Source: an uncultured Bacteroidales bacterium
GTDB taxonomy: Bacteria > Bacteroidota > Bacteroidia > Bacteroidales > S143-33
DNA: 64,000 nucleotides
Direction: 5' to 3'
NCBI GenBank assembly: GCA_964649975.1
Contig: CAZYSM010000001.1
Span: 2,987 to 66,986 of the forward strand
This document shows, piece after piece, positions 56,560-64,000 of the stretch; positions within the stretch are counted from its first letter, which is position 1, and every line of letters starts with the position of its first letter. Below the pieces are notes generated by a model, which did not search any database, was not told the origin of the DNA, and was given only the letters and a program-made list of their open reading frames with translations. Both the position numbers and the translations under genes were made by a program.

Positions 56560-56938
56560 GTGGAAGCCCCAGACGTAACTTTAACCTCTTTATACTCTCA
56601 TCCCACAGGCGTATTAAATCGTCTCTATCGTCCTCACTGTCGTCTGCAAAATCTATTACCTTTAGCTCTGTATCCTTGCTTAACTCATCAAAATTCAACT
56701 TCAGTTCAGTATATTTTGACTCCTGTTCGTCCAACCAGTCAAACTTGACATAATAATCATTGCGGTTGACAATAACCTTAGCTTCCATGGTATAATCGCC
56801 CCACTTAAAAGAATAAATATTGCCGTTGACATCCACATCTTCGGCAAACCAGGCGGACAATCCGTAGGGTGTACTAATTTGTTCAAACAAAATATTAGGG
56901 CTTGTATGAAACAAATATTCCAGAACAATTTTTTGCAT
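56546..56938 (-). CDS. Small START/SRPBCC-like (AHSA1-type) protein, hypothetical
   Basis: About 130 aa. The N-terminus …LEYLFHTSPNILFEQISTPYGLSAWFA… resembles START-like domain proteins. The call is weak. Confidence 0.4.
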   Translation of the reverse strand: MQKIVLEYLFHTSPNILFEQISTPYGLSAWFAEDVDVNGNIYSFKWGDYTMEAKVIVNRNDYYVKFDWLDEQESKYTELKLNFDELSKDTELKVIDFADDSEDDRDDLIRLWDESIKRLKLRLGLPPKIR

Positions 56939-56957
56939 AAATCTCAATTTTCTTGTA

Positions 56958-56965
56958 TAATTTTG
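56958..56965 (+). promoter_or_regulatory. Possible -7 box TAATTTTG upstream of the Memo-like gene
   Basis: Perfect motif match, but 62 nt upstream of the ATG at 57027, which is longer than the 23-34 nt seen elsewhere. Confidence 0.35.
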
Positions 56966-57026
56966 TAGGTTTTAAATTAATATTTTTAACTTAGTTTACA
57001 AATATTTTCATAAAAATAAAAACACA

Positions 57027-58115
57027 ATGAAAAAAATATTTTCCATCCTACTGATAATCAGCTTTATTATGGCTTGCAATAACCACGAAGAAAATGTAAA
57101 AATCCGTGGATTTGTAGACACCGTAGGATTTGCACACAAGGCTTATCAGGTTGATTCCGTTTTAAGTAGAATTGACCAACTCTTCGGACAAAAAATAGCC
57201 CAAATCAGGGACAGCCTTGGTATTACAGACACCACAACCTGGAAGGTGGCAATTTCTCCGCACGATGACCATGCCTATGCCTCATATCTATATCCTCTTT
57301 TGTTACAGAACATTAAAGCAAAAAAATTAATTATCTTCGGTGTAGCCCATAAAGCATGGAAGCTTGGACTTAGAGATTCTCTGGTATTTGGAACATTTGA
57401 TTATTGGAAAGGGGCTCTGGGTAAAATAAAAATATCTCCATTGCGTCAGGAAATAATTAACAATCTGCCCAAAGACGATTACATCATCAACGATACTATG
57501 ATGGCTATAGAACATTCCATAGAGGCATTTTTGCCTTTCCTTCAGAAATTTGTCGGCAAAGACATAGAAATAATACCTATCCTGGTGCCATATATGTCAT
57601 TTGAACGAATGAATGAAATTGCCCCTCATCTGGCTGCTGCTATAGAAAAAGTAATGAAAGAACATCATTTAAAATGGGGAAAAGACATTGCTATTATCAT
57701 CAGCACGGATGCTGTGCACTATGGCGACCAGGATTGGGGCGGAAAAAACTTTGCCTATTATGGTGCCGATTCGGCCGGTTATAAAAAAGCAGTAGAACAC
57801 GAACACGAAATAATTTCAACAATTACCGGCACTCTCACACCGGAAAAAATTAAACAGTTCACTCATTACACTGTGCAGGACACCAATTACATGGAATACA
57901 AATGGACATGGTGCGGACGTTATAGCGTACCAATGGGATTGCTCACGGCTTATTATCTGGCCAAAGACCTTAACCAAACTCTCCATGGCACATTGCTGGA
58001 ATATGCTACAAGTATTGACCACCCTACACTGAAAGTCAAAGACATAGGAATGGGTACAACAGCCCCTGCAAATATTCATCACTGGGTAGGTTATGCTGCT
58101 ATAGGTTATAAATAA
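57027..58115 (+). CDS. MEMO1-family (AmmeMemoRadiSam system protein B-like) protein with lipoprotein signal
   Basis: Lipobox FIMAC. Memo-family blocks are ISPHDDH (in place of PHAG), EHSIEAFLPFLQ and STDAVHYG. Confidence 0.6.
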   Translation: MKKIFSILLIISFIMACNNHEENVKIRGFVDTVGFAHKAYQVDSVLSRIDQLFGQKIAQIRDSLGITDTTTWKVAISPHDDHAYASYLYPLLLQNIKAKKLIIFGVAHKAWKLGLRDSLVFGTFDYWKGALGKIKISPLRQEIINNLPKDDYIINDTMMAIEHSIEAFLPFLQKFVGKDIEIIPILVPYMSFERMNEIAPHLAAAIEKVMKEHHLKWGKDIAIIISTDAVHYGDQDWGGKNFAYYGADSAGYKKAVEHEHEIISTITGTLTPEKIKQFTHYTVQDTNYMEYKWTWCGRYSVPMGLLTAYYLAKDLNQTLHGTLLEYATSIDHPTLKVKDIGMGTTAPANIHHWVGYAAIGYK

Positions 58116-58123
58116 CACGGACT

Positions 58124-59296
58124 ATGGATTTTTTTGAAAAAGAATTCACATTTGACAGGGTCGTCAGGATATTGATTACAATAGGATTTTTCATTGGCCT
58201 GCTCTGGATAATTGATTACTTGAGTGATGTTTTGCTGCCATTTTTTGTAGCTCTGATCCTGGCCTATATGCTTAACCCTTTTGTTAACTGGATACAACGC
58301 TTTGTAAAGGCCCGCATAGTAGCTGTTCTGTTAGCTATTACCATTGTCCTGGCCGCTACAGTAGGCATTTTTATGATAGTAATTCCCATGATGGGCAGGG
58401 AAGTTCAAACTATGGGCGAAATGCTAAATAAACTTATAAATCAGCCAGATACCCAGAAAGAATTAATAAAATACCTGCCCGGCAAATTATCCAAGGATGT
58501 TGCCCTCTTCCTTGAAAATAAAGACTGGCAGCAGCTGTTCAATTCAAAAGAAGTAAACCGCTATCTAAAAGAACTATGGCTGAAAATTGCCCCTCACCTG
58601 GGACAAATATTTTCCAGCACTTTAAGCGTAATTATCGGCATTGTGGGCTTCTTCATAGTGTTGTTATACCTGGTCTTTTTGTTAAAAGATTACAACCGCG
58701 TCCTGGAAGAATGGAAAAATCTTATACCGCAGAAATACCGCAGGGGGGTAATTGAATTTTTCAGGAACTTTGAAAAAGCCATGAATACTTATTTCAGGGC
58801 CCAGGCTGCTATCGCCTCACTGGTAGGAATATTATTTGCCATAGGATTTACCATCATCGGCCTGCCAATGGGCATAATCCTCGGACTATTTATAGGGCTA
58901 TTAAACATGGTACCATACCTGCAAAATATTGCACTCATTCCGGCTTTTTTCCTTGCTCTGATAAAATCTCTGGAAACAGGACAAAATTTCTGGATTGTAT
59001 TGGCTATGACATTATCTGTTTTTGCAATTGTCCAGCTCATCCAGGACTCCATCCTTACGCCGAAGATTATGGGCGATGCCACTGGCCTGAGTCCGGTCAT
59101 TATTCTTCTATCCCTCTCGGTATGGGGGAAAATTATGGGGCTGATGGGTTTGCTTCTGGCTATACCTCTAACTAATCTCTTCCTGACATATTACAACACA
59201 TTTATCTCAAAAGCCAATAAATTTGAAATAGGTTCCAAGCTACCCGGAAGAATAGAAATTAAACAAAAAACAGCAAAAAGAATCATCCCCGTATGA
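58124..59296 (+). CDS. AI-2E family transporter (PerM/YhhT-like permease)
   Basis: About 8 TM helices and a typical C-terminal …LSPVIILLSLSVWGKIMGLMGLLLAIPL…. Confidence 0.85.
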   Translation: MDFFEKEFTFDRVVRILITIGFFIGLLWIIDYLSDVLLPFFVALILAYMLNPFVNWIQRFVKARIVAVLLAITIVLAATVGIFMIVIPMMGREVQTMGEMLNKLINQPDTQKELIKYLPGKLSKDVALFLENKDWQQLFNSKEVNRYLKELWLKIAPHLGQIFSSTLSVIIGIVGFFIVLLYLVFLLKDYNRVLEEWKNLIPQKYRRGVIEFFRNFEKAMNTYFRAQAAIASLVGILFAIGFTIIGLPMGIILGLFIGLLNMVPYLQNIALIPAFFLALIKSLETGQNFWIVLAMTLSVFAIVQLIQDSILTPKIMGDATGLSPVIILLSLSVWGKIMGLMGLLLAIPLTNLFLTYYNTFISKANKFEIGSKLPGRIEIKQKTAKRIIPV

Positions 59297-60192
59297 AAAA
59301 CCTGATAATCATCGGAGGGCCTACTGCTGTAGGCAAAACCGACCTGGCCGTATGGCTGGCAAAAAAACTGGACACAGAGATTATTTCGGCAGACTCCAGA
59401 CAGATTTATAAGGAAATGTTCATTGGCACGGCAAGGCCTACGCAGGAAGAAATGCAAGGAATACCCCACCATTTCATAGGTGTCAAATCTGTCACACAAT
59501 ACTACAACGCCAGTATGTATGAGCAGGAAGTAATGCAAGTGATTGAAAAACTTTTCCGTAAATATGACAGTCTCATTGTGGTAGGTGGATCAGGATTGTA
59601 TATAGAGGCAATCATAAGAGGCATAGACGACATCCCTACCGTGCTGCCAGAAATCCGCAATAAACTTGCCCAGTGGTATGCCCGGGAAGGCCTGGAAAAA
59701 TTAAGAGATCTTGTCAAGCGTCTGGACAAAGCATACTACAACCGGGCGGATATCAATAATCCTATGCGGCTGCTAAAAGCGCTGGAAGTATCCATACAAA
59801 CCGCAAGACCTTATAGCTCCTTCCTTCAAGGACAAAATAAAAAAAGACCTTTTAATATAATCCTCATTGGGCTGGACAGGCCACGGGCAGAACTCTATGA
59901 CCGCATAAACCGCAGAGTGGAAAAAATGGTGGAACAAGGACTTATAAAAGAAGCTGAAAAACTTATCCCCTACAAAAATTACACTGCACTCAAAACCGTA
60001 GGATACCGGGAAATTTTTGACTATCTTGACGGGAAACTCTCTCTGTCACAAGCTATTGACCTCATTCAACGCAACACCCGGAAATATGCCCGCAGGCAGC
60101 TCTCTTGGTTCCGCAGATATAAAGATATCCACTGGTTTAACCCTGACGAAAAAGACAAAATTTGGCAATTTATTATTGAAAAAATTTCTTAA
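59293..60192 (+). CDS. miaA: tRNA dimethylallyltransferase
   Basis: P-loop IIGGPTAVGKT, plus DSRQIYKEM.IGTA.P and …ARRQLSWFR…. ATGA overlap with the upstream gene. Confidence 0.95.
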   Translation: MKNLIIIGGPTAVGKTDLAVWLAKKLDTEIISADSRQIYKEMFIGTARPTQEEMQGIPHHFIGVKSVTQYYNASMYEQEVMQVIEKLFRKYDSLIVVGGSGLYIEAIIRGIDDIPTVLPEIRNKLAQWYAREGLEKLRDLVKRLDKAYYNRADINNPMRLLKALEVSIQTARPYSSFLQGQNKKRPFNIILIGLDRPRAELYDRINRRVEKMVEQGLIKEAEKLIPYKNYTALKTVGYREIFDYLDGKLSLSQAIDLIQRNTRKYARRQLSWFRRYKDIHWFNPDEKDKIWQFIIEKIS

Positions 60193-60197
60193 ATTTG
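60190..60197 (+). promoter_or_regulatory. -7 promoter box TAAATTTG overlapping the miaA stop codon
   Basis: Perfect match, 23 nt upstream of the ATG at 60220. Confidence 0.55.
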
Positions 60198-60219
60198 GAT
60201 AACACAAAAACATGGCAAA

Positions 60220-60855
60220 ATGAACAAAAAAGTATTATATTCCATCATTGGCATAGGAGTTTTTCTCTTAATGGTCTTTGGCATCTATTGTGCAAGCACC
60301 TTACAGGAAAAGAAAATCCGGCAGCTTGAAAAACAAGTTGTTTACCTGAAGGACGAATTTGTCCCTATAAGATTCAAAATCCTTAACAGAGACAATGATT
60401 CTATTCTTGTTAGCATAAAATTCTACGATATGGACCGCCATGTGGTCTATTATTATGACGACCAAGGGAATAAGGCAGAATTCGTACGGATAAAATTACC
60501 AGGACAGGAATTATCCTTTGATTTCATCGTGGTACCTGTACGCAACCGCTTTCTGGCATTTCCATATAAGGTCTTCACGGATGCTATAGCCCCAAAAGAC
60601 GGTGTTATTCTTTTCCCATATTATGACAGGCAGGATTTTCCACAGATATATTTCTCACAGGAAAACTCCCCAGCTTTCAACGCAGGTATAAAAGCATTGT
60701 TTAATAAAATAAAAAAAGGTGATATTCAGGACATAAAAGGAATTTTCGGAAGTATGGTGCAGGACGTAAAAGGCATACAGCAATTCCAGACCGGTCAAAT
60801 CTATAAAATTATAGTTCATCCTGCCAAAGGAGGTATTGAAATAGTAAAAGAATAA
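60220..60855 (+). CDS. Hypothetical membrane-anchored protein
   Basis: N-terminal TM helix. No recognisable domain. Confidence 0.45.
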   Translation: MNKKVLYSIIGIGVFLLMVFGIYCASTLQEKKIRQLEKQVVYLKDEFVPIRFKILNRDNDSILVSIKFYDMDRHVVYYYDDQGNKAEFVRIKLPGQELSFDFIVVPVRNRFLAFPYKVFTDAIAPKDGVILFPYYDRQDFPQIYFSQENSPAFNAGIKALFNKIKKGDIQDIKGIFGSMVQDVKGIQQFQTGQIYKIIVHPAKGGIEIVKE

Positions 60856-60863
60856 GAAATTCA

Positions 60864-61796
60864 ATGCCTGACGGTATAAAAAACATACTTATCACTGGCG
60901 GCAGTGGTCTCATTGGCCGCCATTTGTCTGCCTTACTATCTACTCATGGATATAATATAAGGATACTTTCCACTAATCCGCAAAAAATAAAAAAATATCC
61001 TGCCTTTAAGTGGAACATTGAAAAAAAATATATTGACCCATTAGCCCTGGAAGATATTGATGTTATTATACACCTGGCTGGCGCTAATATATCCGAAGCA
61101 CGATGGACCAAGAAAAGAAAACAGCAGATTATCATCAGCCGGGTCAATGCCAGCGAACTATTATATGAATATGTGCACAAATACCATATTCCTATAAAAC
61201 AATTCATAAGCGCTTCGGCAATAGGTTATTATGGCACTTACACCTCGGAAAAAATCTTTACAGAAAACGACCCGCCCGGTCATGATTTTTTAGCTAACGT
61301 CGGTGCTCTTTGGGAAGACGCTGCATGGGAATTTAATAACTTAAATGCCAATGTAGCTATTGTACGGACTGGTGTTGTACTGGCCTGGGATGGAGGCATA
61401 ATCAAACGGCTATATCCGCTGGCACGTCTCGGACTGCTCTCTCCTCTGGGCAGCGGAAAACAATATTTTCCATGGATACACATCAATGACCTATGTAATA
61501 TCTATCTATGGATACTTGAAAACCAAATAAATGATGTATTCAACGGAGTGGCCCCGCAATTCATTACATTCAAGGATTTTGTAAAAACATTTATGAAAAT
61601 ATTAAACAAAAAAATAATCATGCCTTCCGTGCCTTCATTCATTTTAAAAATAGTTCTGGGCGAGATGAGCTCTATTCTCTTGCATGGTAGCCGTGTATCT
61701 GCAGAAAAACTATTAAAAGCCGGGTTCAAATTTTCCTTTCCTGCTATTGACCAGGCACTTATAGACATACTAAACCAACACCCAGAGGAAGCCTGA
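60864..61796 (+). CDS. TIGR01777-family (YfcH-like) NAD-dependent epimerase/dehydratase with DUF1731 C-terminus
   Basis: Rossmann motif ITGGSGLIGRHL and a C-terminal …GSRVSAEKLLKAGFKFSFP…. Confidence 0.8.
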   Translation: MPDGIKNILITGGSGLIGRHLSALLSTHGYNIRILSTNPQKIKKYPAFKWNIEKKYIDPLALEDIDVIIHLAGANISEARWTKKRKQQIIISRVNASELLYEYVHKYHIPIKQFISASAIGYYGTYTSEKIFTENDPPGHDFLANVGALWEDAAWEFNNLNANVAIVRTGVVLAWDGGIIKRLYPLARLGLLSPLGSGKQYFPWIHINDLCNIYLWILENQINDVFNGVAPQFITFKDFVKTFMKILNKKIIMPSVPSFILKIVLGEMSSILLHGSRVSAEKLLKAGFKFSFPAIDQALIDILNQHPEEA

Positions 61797-61904
61797 CTTT
61801 ATTATTCCCTCCACCTCAAACATAAATCTTAAAAAATTTAAACTAATAAGGGTAAATTTTACCCCTGGTGTATTATAGATGAACAAACAAAAAAACTTTC
61901 TGCT

Positions 61905-63044
61905 ATGAAAACAATGAAATTTGCTCTGGGTGCTCTTTTGAGTCTCCTGCTCGTCTTTACTGCTTGTAAAAAAGAAAACTTGCAGGACAACGGTAATATC
62001 TTACCGGCCAAATTTAAAGTAGATGTTCCGGCTACTATCAGCTCGGATGCCAATGCCAAATTGGCTCTCAACGAAGATGACGACACTATTATGGGGCCAA
62101 GTGTTTATCGCCACCTCAGATTATTCATCCATGTAGGTGACCACGCTGGCGATCTGGTTCAGGACATCATCAACACCATCCGTAAATATGACTTGAGCCG
62201 CGAAATGAGCTTCTCGTTCACTTCCGACGAAGATAACCGTGTGAAAAACGTTACTATCGTTGCCAACCAGCAATTTGAGAATAAAACATGGGAATACAAA
62301 ATGACCGTGACAGACGCTGAAAACGAACAGAACGACGACGGCGGACTGGCCATGGAAATTTACTGGAATACCAATCCCGTTGAGGGTATTGCTATTATCA
62401 AGTTCTCCAACTGGAATGTCAACTCTGCTGATGAATTTCCAAACACTATGTACCGCGTAGAATATAGCGAAAATCCGGATAATACAATGGGCTATGATGA
62501 AATTATGCGTGTTCAGATATCTGACTTACCACTGGATAGCACCGACCGTTTCACCATGGATAATCTGATGATGTTTGTAGGACGCAAGGGCGATCGCGTA
62601 GATGTTTACGGAAATTCTGATCATCCTTACGCATGGCTTCTCATACCGGATAATCCTGGACTGGATTGGGCATTTGTAGCTTCTGCTTACGACAGCAAAA
62701 ACATTGGTGTTGCCGAAGTAGGTCTGCCACCTAACACTCTCAACACTACTCAGCGCAGCGTAATCCTCGGACAGTATGCTCTGAAAAACGTTCTCTACAA
62801 CCAGATCAGAGAATGGGCATATCGCCGTTTCCACTTCTATCCAGATTCCGCATCTCTGTCACAATACTTGAAGAATGCCGATGCTCCTGGTATGTTTGAT
62901 GCCAACGGATTTGTTCAGGGTGGTGGTACTCCTCCAAGCGATGATTACAACGCATTGATAGATGCTATACAGGACCTCACTCCTTACAATCCTTACGATG
63001 TAGCTACTCTGCACGTAACTTTCGGTGCACAGGCCAGCAAATAA
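61905..63044 (+). CDS. Hypothetical lipoprotein
   Basis: Lipobox VFTAC. No recognisable domain. Flanked by a strong bidirectional terminator. Confidence 0.5.
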   Translation: MKTMKFALGALLSLLLVFTACKKENLQDNGNILPAKFKVDVPATISSDANAKLALNEDDDTIMGPSVYRHLRLFIHVGDHAGDLVQDIINTIRKYDLSREMSFSFTSDEDNRVKNVTIVANQQFENKTWEYKMTVTDAENEQNDDGGLAMEIYWNTNPVEGIAIIKFSNWNVNSADEFPNTMYRVEYSENPDNTMGYDEIMRVQISDLPLDSTDRFTMDNLMMFVGRKGDRVDVYGNSDHPYAWLLIPDNPGLDWAFVASAYDSKNIGVAEVGLPPNTLNTTQRSVILGQYALKNVLYNQIREWAYRRFHFYPDSASLSQYLKNADAPGMFDANGFVQGGGTPPSDDYNALIDAIQDLTPYNPYDVATLHVTFGAQASK

Positions 63045-63060
63045 ATAATGTTTACAGACA

Positions 63061-63098
63061 AAAAAACAGGGCGTCTAAAATGGCGCCCTGTTTTTTTT
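63061..63098. terminator. Bidirectional terminator between convergent genes
   Basis: A6, then cagggcg/…/cgccctg, then T8. Confidence 0.8.
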
Positions 63099-63591
63099 AA
63101 CGCGGTAATTCCATGACTTTCAAATCCCTAATATCTCCACTGTCAAGAATAAATTTCACAGCAGTACGCACCTTATGAAATCCACTTTTTCCGGCAGCAC
63201 CCGGATTGATAAATAAGAAGTTATTACGCTTATCATATTCCACACGCAAAATGTGGGAATGGCCGCATACCACAATATCCGGCTTTATCTGCGTAATCAA
63301 CGGCCTGAGTGAAGTATCATAACGTCCCGGACGTCCGCAAATGTGTTTAATCAAAACTTTTTTCCCCTCCAGTTCAAAGTCATTAACCTCGGGCACGCGT
63401 GTGCGCACGTCCCAGTCATCTATGTTTCCGTAAACAGCCCTCACAACAGGTACAAGTGAAGCCAGATCCGTCAATATATCGGCATTGCCAATATCTCCGG
63501 CATGCCACACTTCATCACAATCGGAAAAAAATTCAAGGAACTTAGCATCCAGAAAACCATGTGTATCAGAGATAACACCTATTTTTTTCAT
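63097..63591 (-). CDS. YfcE/MJ0936-family metallophosphoesterase
   Basis: Motifs GVISDTHG, HAGDIG, YGNID and CGHSH. Confidence 0.8.
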   Translation of the reverse strand: MKKIGVISDTHGFLDAKFLEFFSDCDEVWHAGDIGNADILTDLASLVPVVRAVYGNIDDWDVRTRVPEVNDFELEGKKVLIKHICGRPGRYDTSLRPLITQIKPDIVVCGHSHILRVEYDKRNNFLFINPGAAGKSGFHKVRTAVKFILDSGDIRDLKVMELPR

Positions 63592-64000
63592 TCCCCGGTG
63601 GATTTTGATTTTACCTCAGATAGTATTTTTCCGTCAAACAGCAGTGTTTCAATCATATCTCCGCTTTTCAGTTCAGCAGCGGAAGTAAGAGCTTTTCCGT
63701 TATGCAGGGTTATGGAGTAGCCTTTTTTCAAAACATTTTTCGGGTCATTCTGCCGGATAATAATAGCCATTTTCTCCAGACTATTACGCTGTTTTTCAAA
63801 AATAGCAGAAATTCCTTCCTCCAGCTTTGCTTTCGCCTCCTCCAGGTATTGATGCCTGTCAGCCAAAGCTTTCTGCACCGAAACAACCAACCTCTCCCAC
63901 TTTTGTTCCAAATTCCTGCGATGCGCTGCAGGTATGGACGGAGCGCTGCGGATACGTGAATAAACACTTTGCAAGCTATAACGGTGCTGCCACAAAAAAT
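63588..64000 (-). CDS. xseA: Exodeoxyribonuclease VII large subunit, C-terminal part (gene continues beyond the window)
   Basis: The reading frame is open to the right edge. The C-terminal pattern …KKGYSITLHNGKALTSAAELKSGDMIETLLFDGKILSEV is typical of XseA. ATGA-type overlap with the downstream gene. Confidence 0.7.
   Translation of the reverse strand, partial: FLWQHRYSLQSVYSRIRSAPSIPAAHRRNLEQKWERLVVSVQKALADRHQYLEEAKAKLEEGISAIFEKQRNSLEKMAIIIRQNDPKNVLKKGYSITLHNGKALTSAAELKSGDMIETLLFDGKILSEVKSKSTGE

Noticed and set aside
1-64000. A window-wide search by eye for defence or mobile hallmarks: reverse transcriptase, Cas genes, restriction-modification, toxin-antitoxin pairs, transposase, phage structural genes and long inverted or direct repeats.
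   Set aside because: None was recognised. Every ORF longer than about 120 aa outside shadow frames is accounted for by housekeeping, envelope or small hypothetical genes. I cannot exclude novel systems among the domain-less proteins (10232, 38500, 42121/42523, 43086, 60220, 61905), but nothing in their context, such as operon partners with nuclease, ATPase or NTase motifs, points that way.

Overview
This 64-kb window looks like core chromosome of a low-GC Bacteroidota bacterium. The phylum call rests on a recurrent TAnnTTTG -7 promoter box, a Rho with a large N-terminal insertion, a double-length NusB, and DUF1573/DUF4270/DUF5103-type genes. Coding is dense: about 64 protein genes and one tRNA-Glu(UUC). 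Many stop/start overlaps occur (ATGA, TAATG), and several convergent gene pairs have touching or overlapping stop codons. I saw no rRNA, CRISPR array, transposase, phage gene, or direct or inverted repeats flanking a candidate element. The single tyrosine recombinase looks like housekeeping XerD. Most content is housekeeping: nusB, yajC, gdhA, ffh, sbcC, pgeF, xerD, rho, rpoD, rsmD, an lptF/G-type permease, ribBA, tex, mnmD, manA, glmS, miaA, the xseA 3' end, a ClC channel and an AI-2E transporter. Envelope and glycan genes are also present: two GT2, a GT4, M23 and M28 peptidases, an OmpA-like protein, a probable T9SS plug protein and an ECF sigma/anti-sigma/OM-barrel module. I found no convincing defence island or mobile element, so the hunt results are modest and mostly hypotheses. 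(1) An autonomous SiaB-like kinase / SiaC-like (DUF1987) pair sits behind rpoD with no PP2C phosphatase or GGDEF output in the window. (2) A translationally coupled minus-strand operon runs membrane GT2, MnmD, SGNH-like, 89-aa ParB/Srx-like protein and GT4. It lies directly behind tRNA-Glu(UUC), a substrate class of MnmD, with no recognisable promoter of its own. (3) Terminator hairpins sit only 9-15 nt upstream of the next co-directional ORF in three places. (4) Smaller items include tandem paralogous secreted proteins, an orphan lipoprotein-type Memo homologue and a THUMP-less ThiI-like PP-loop protein. All functional calls come from reading motifs in the supplied translations; no database search was run.
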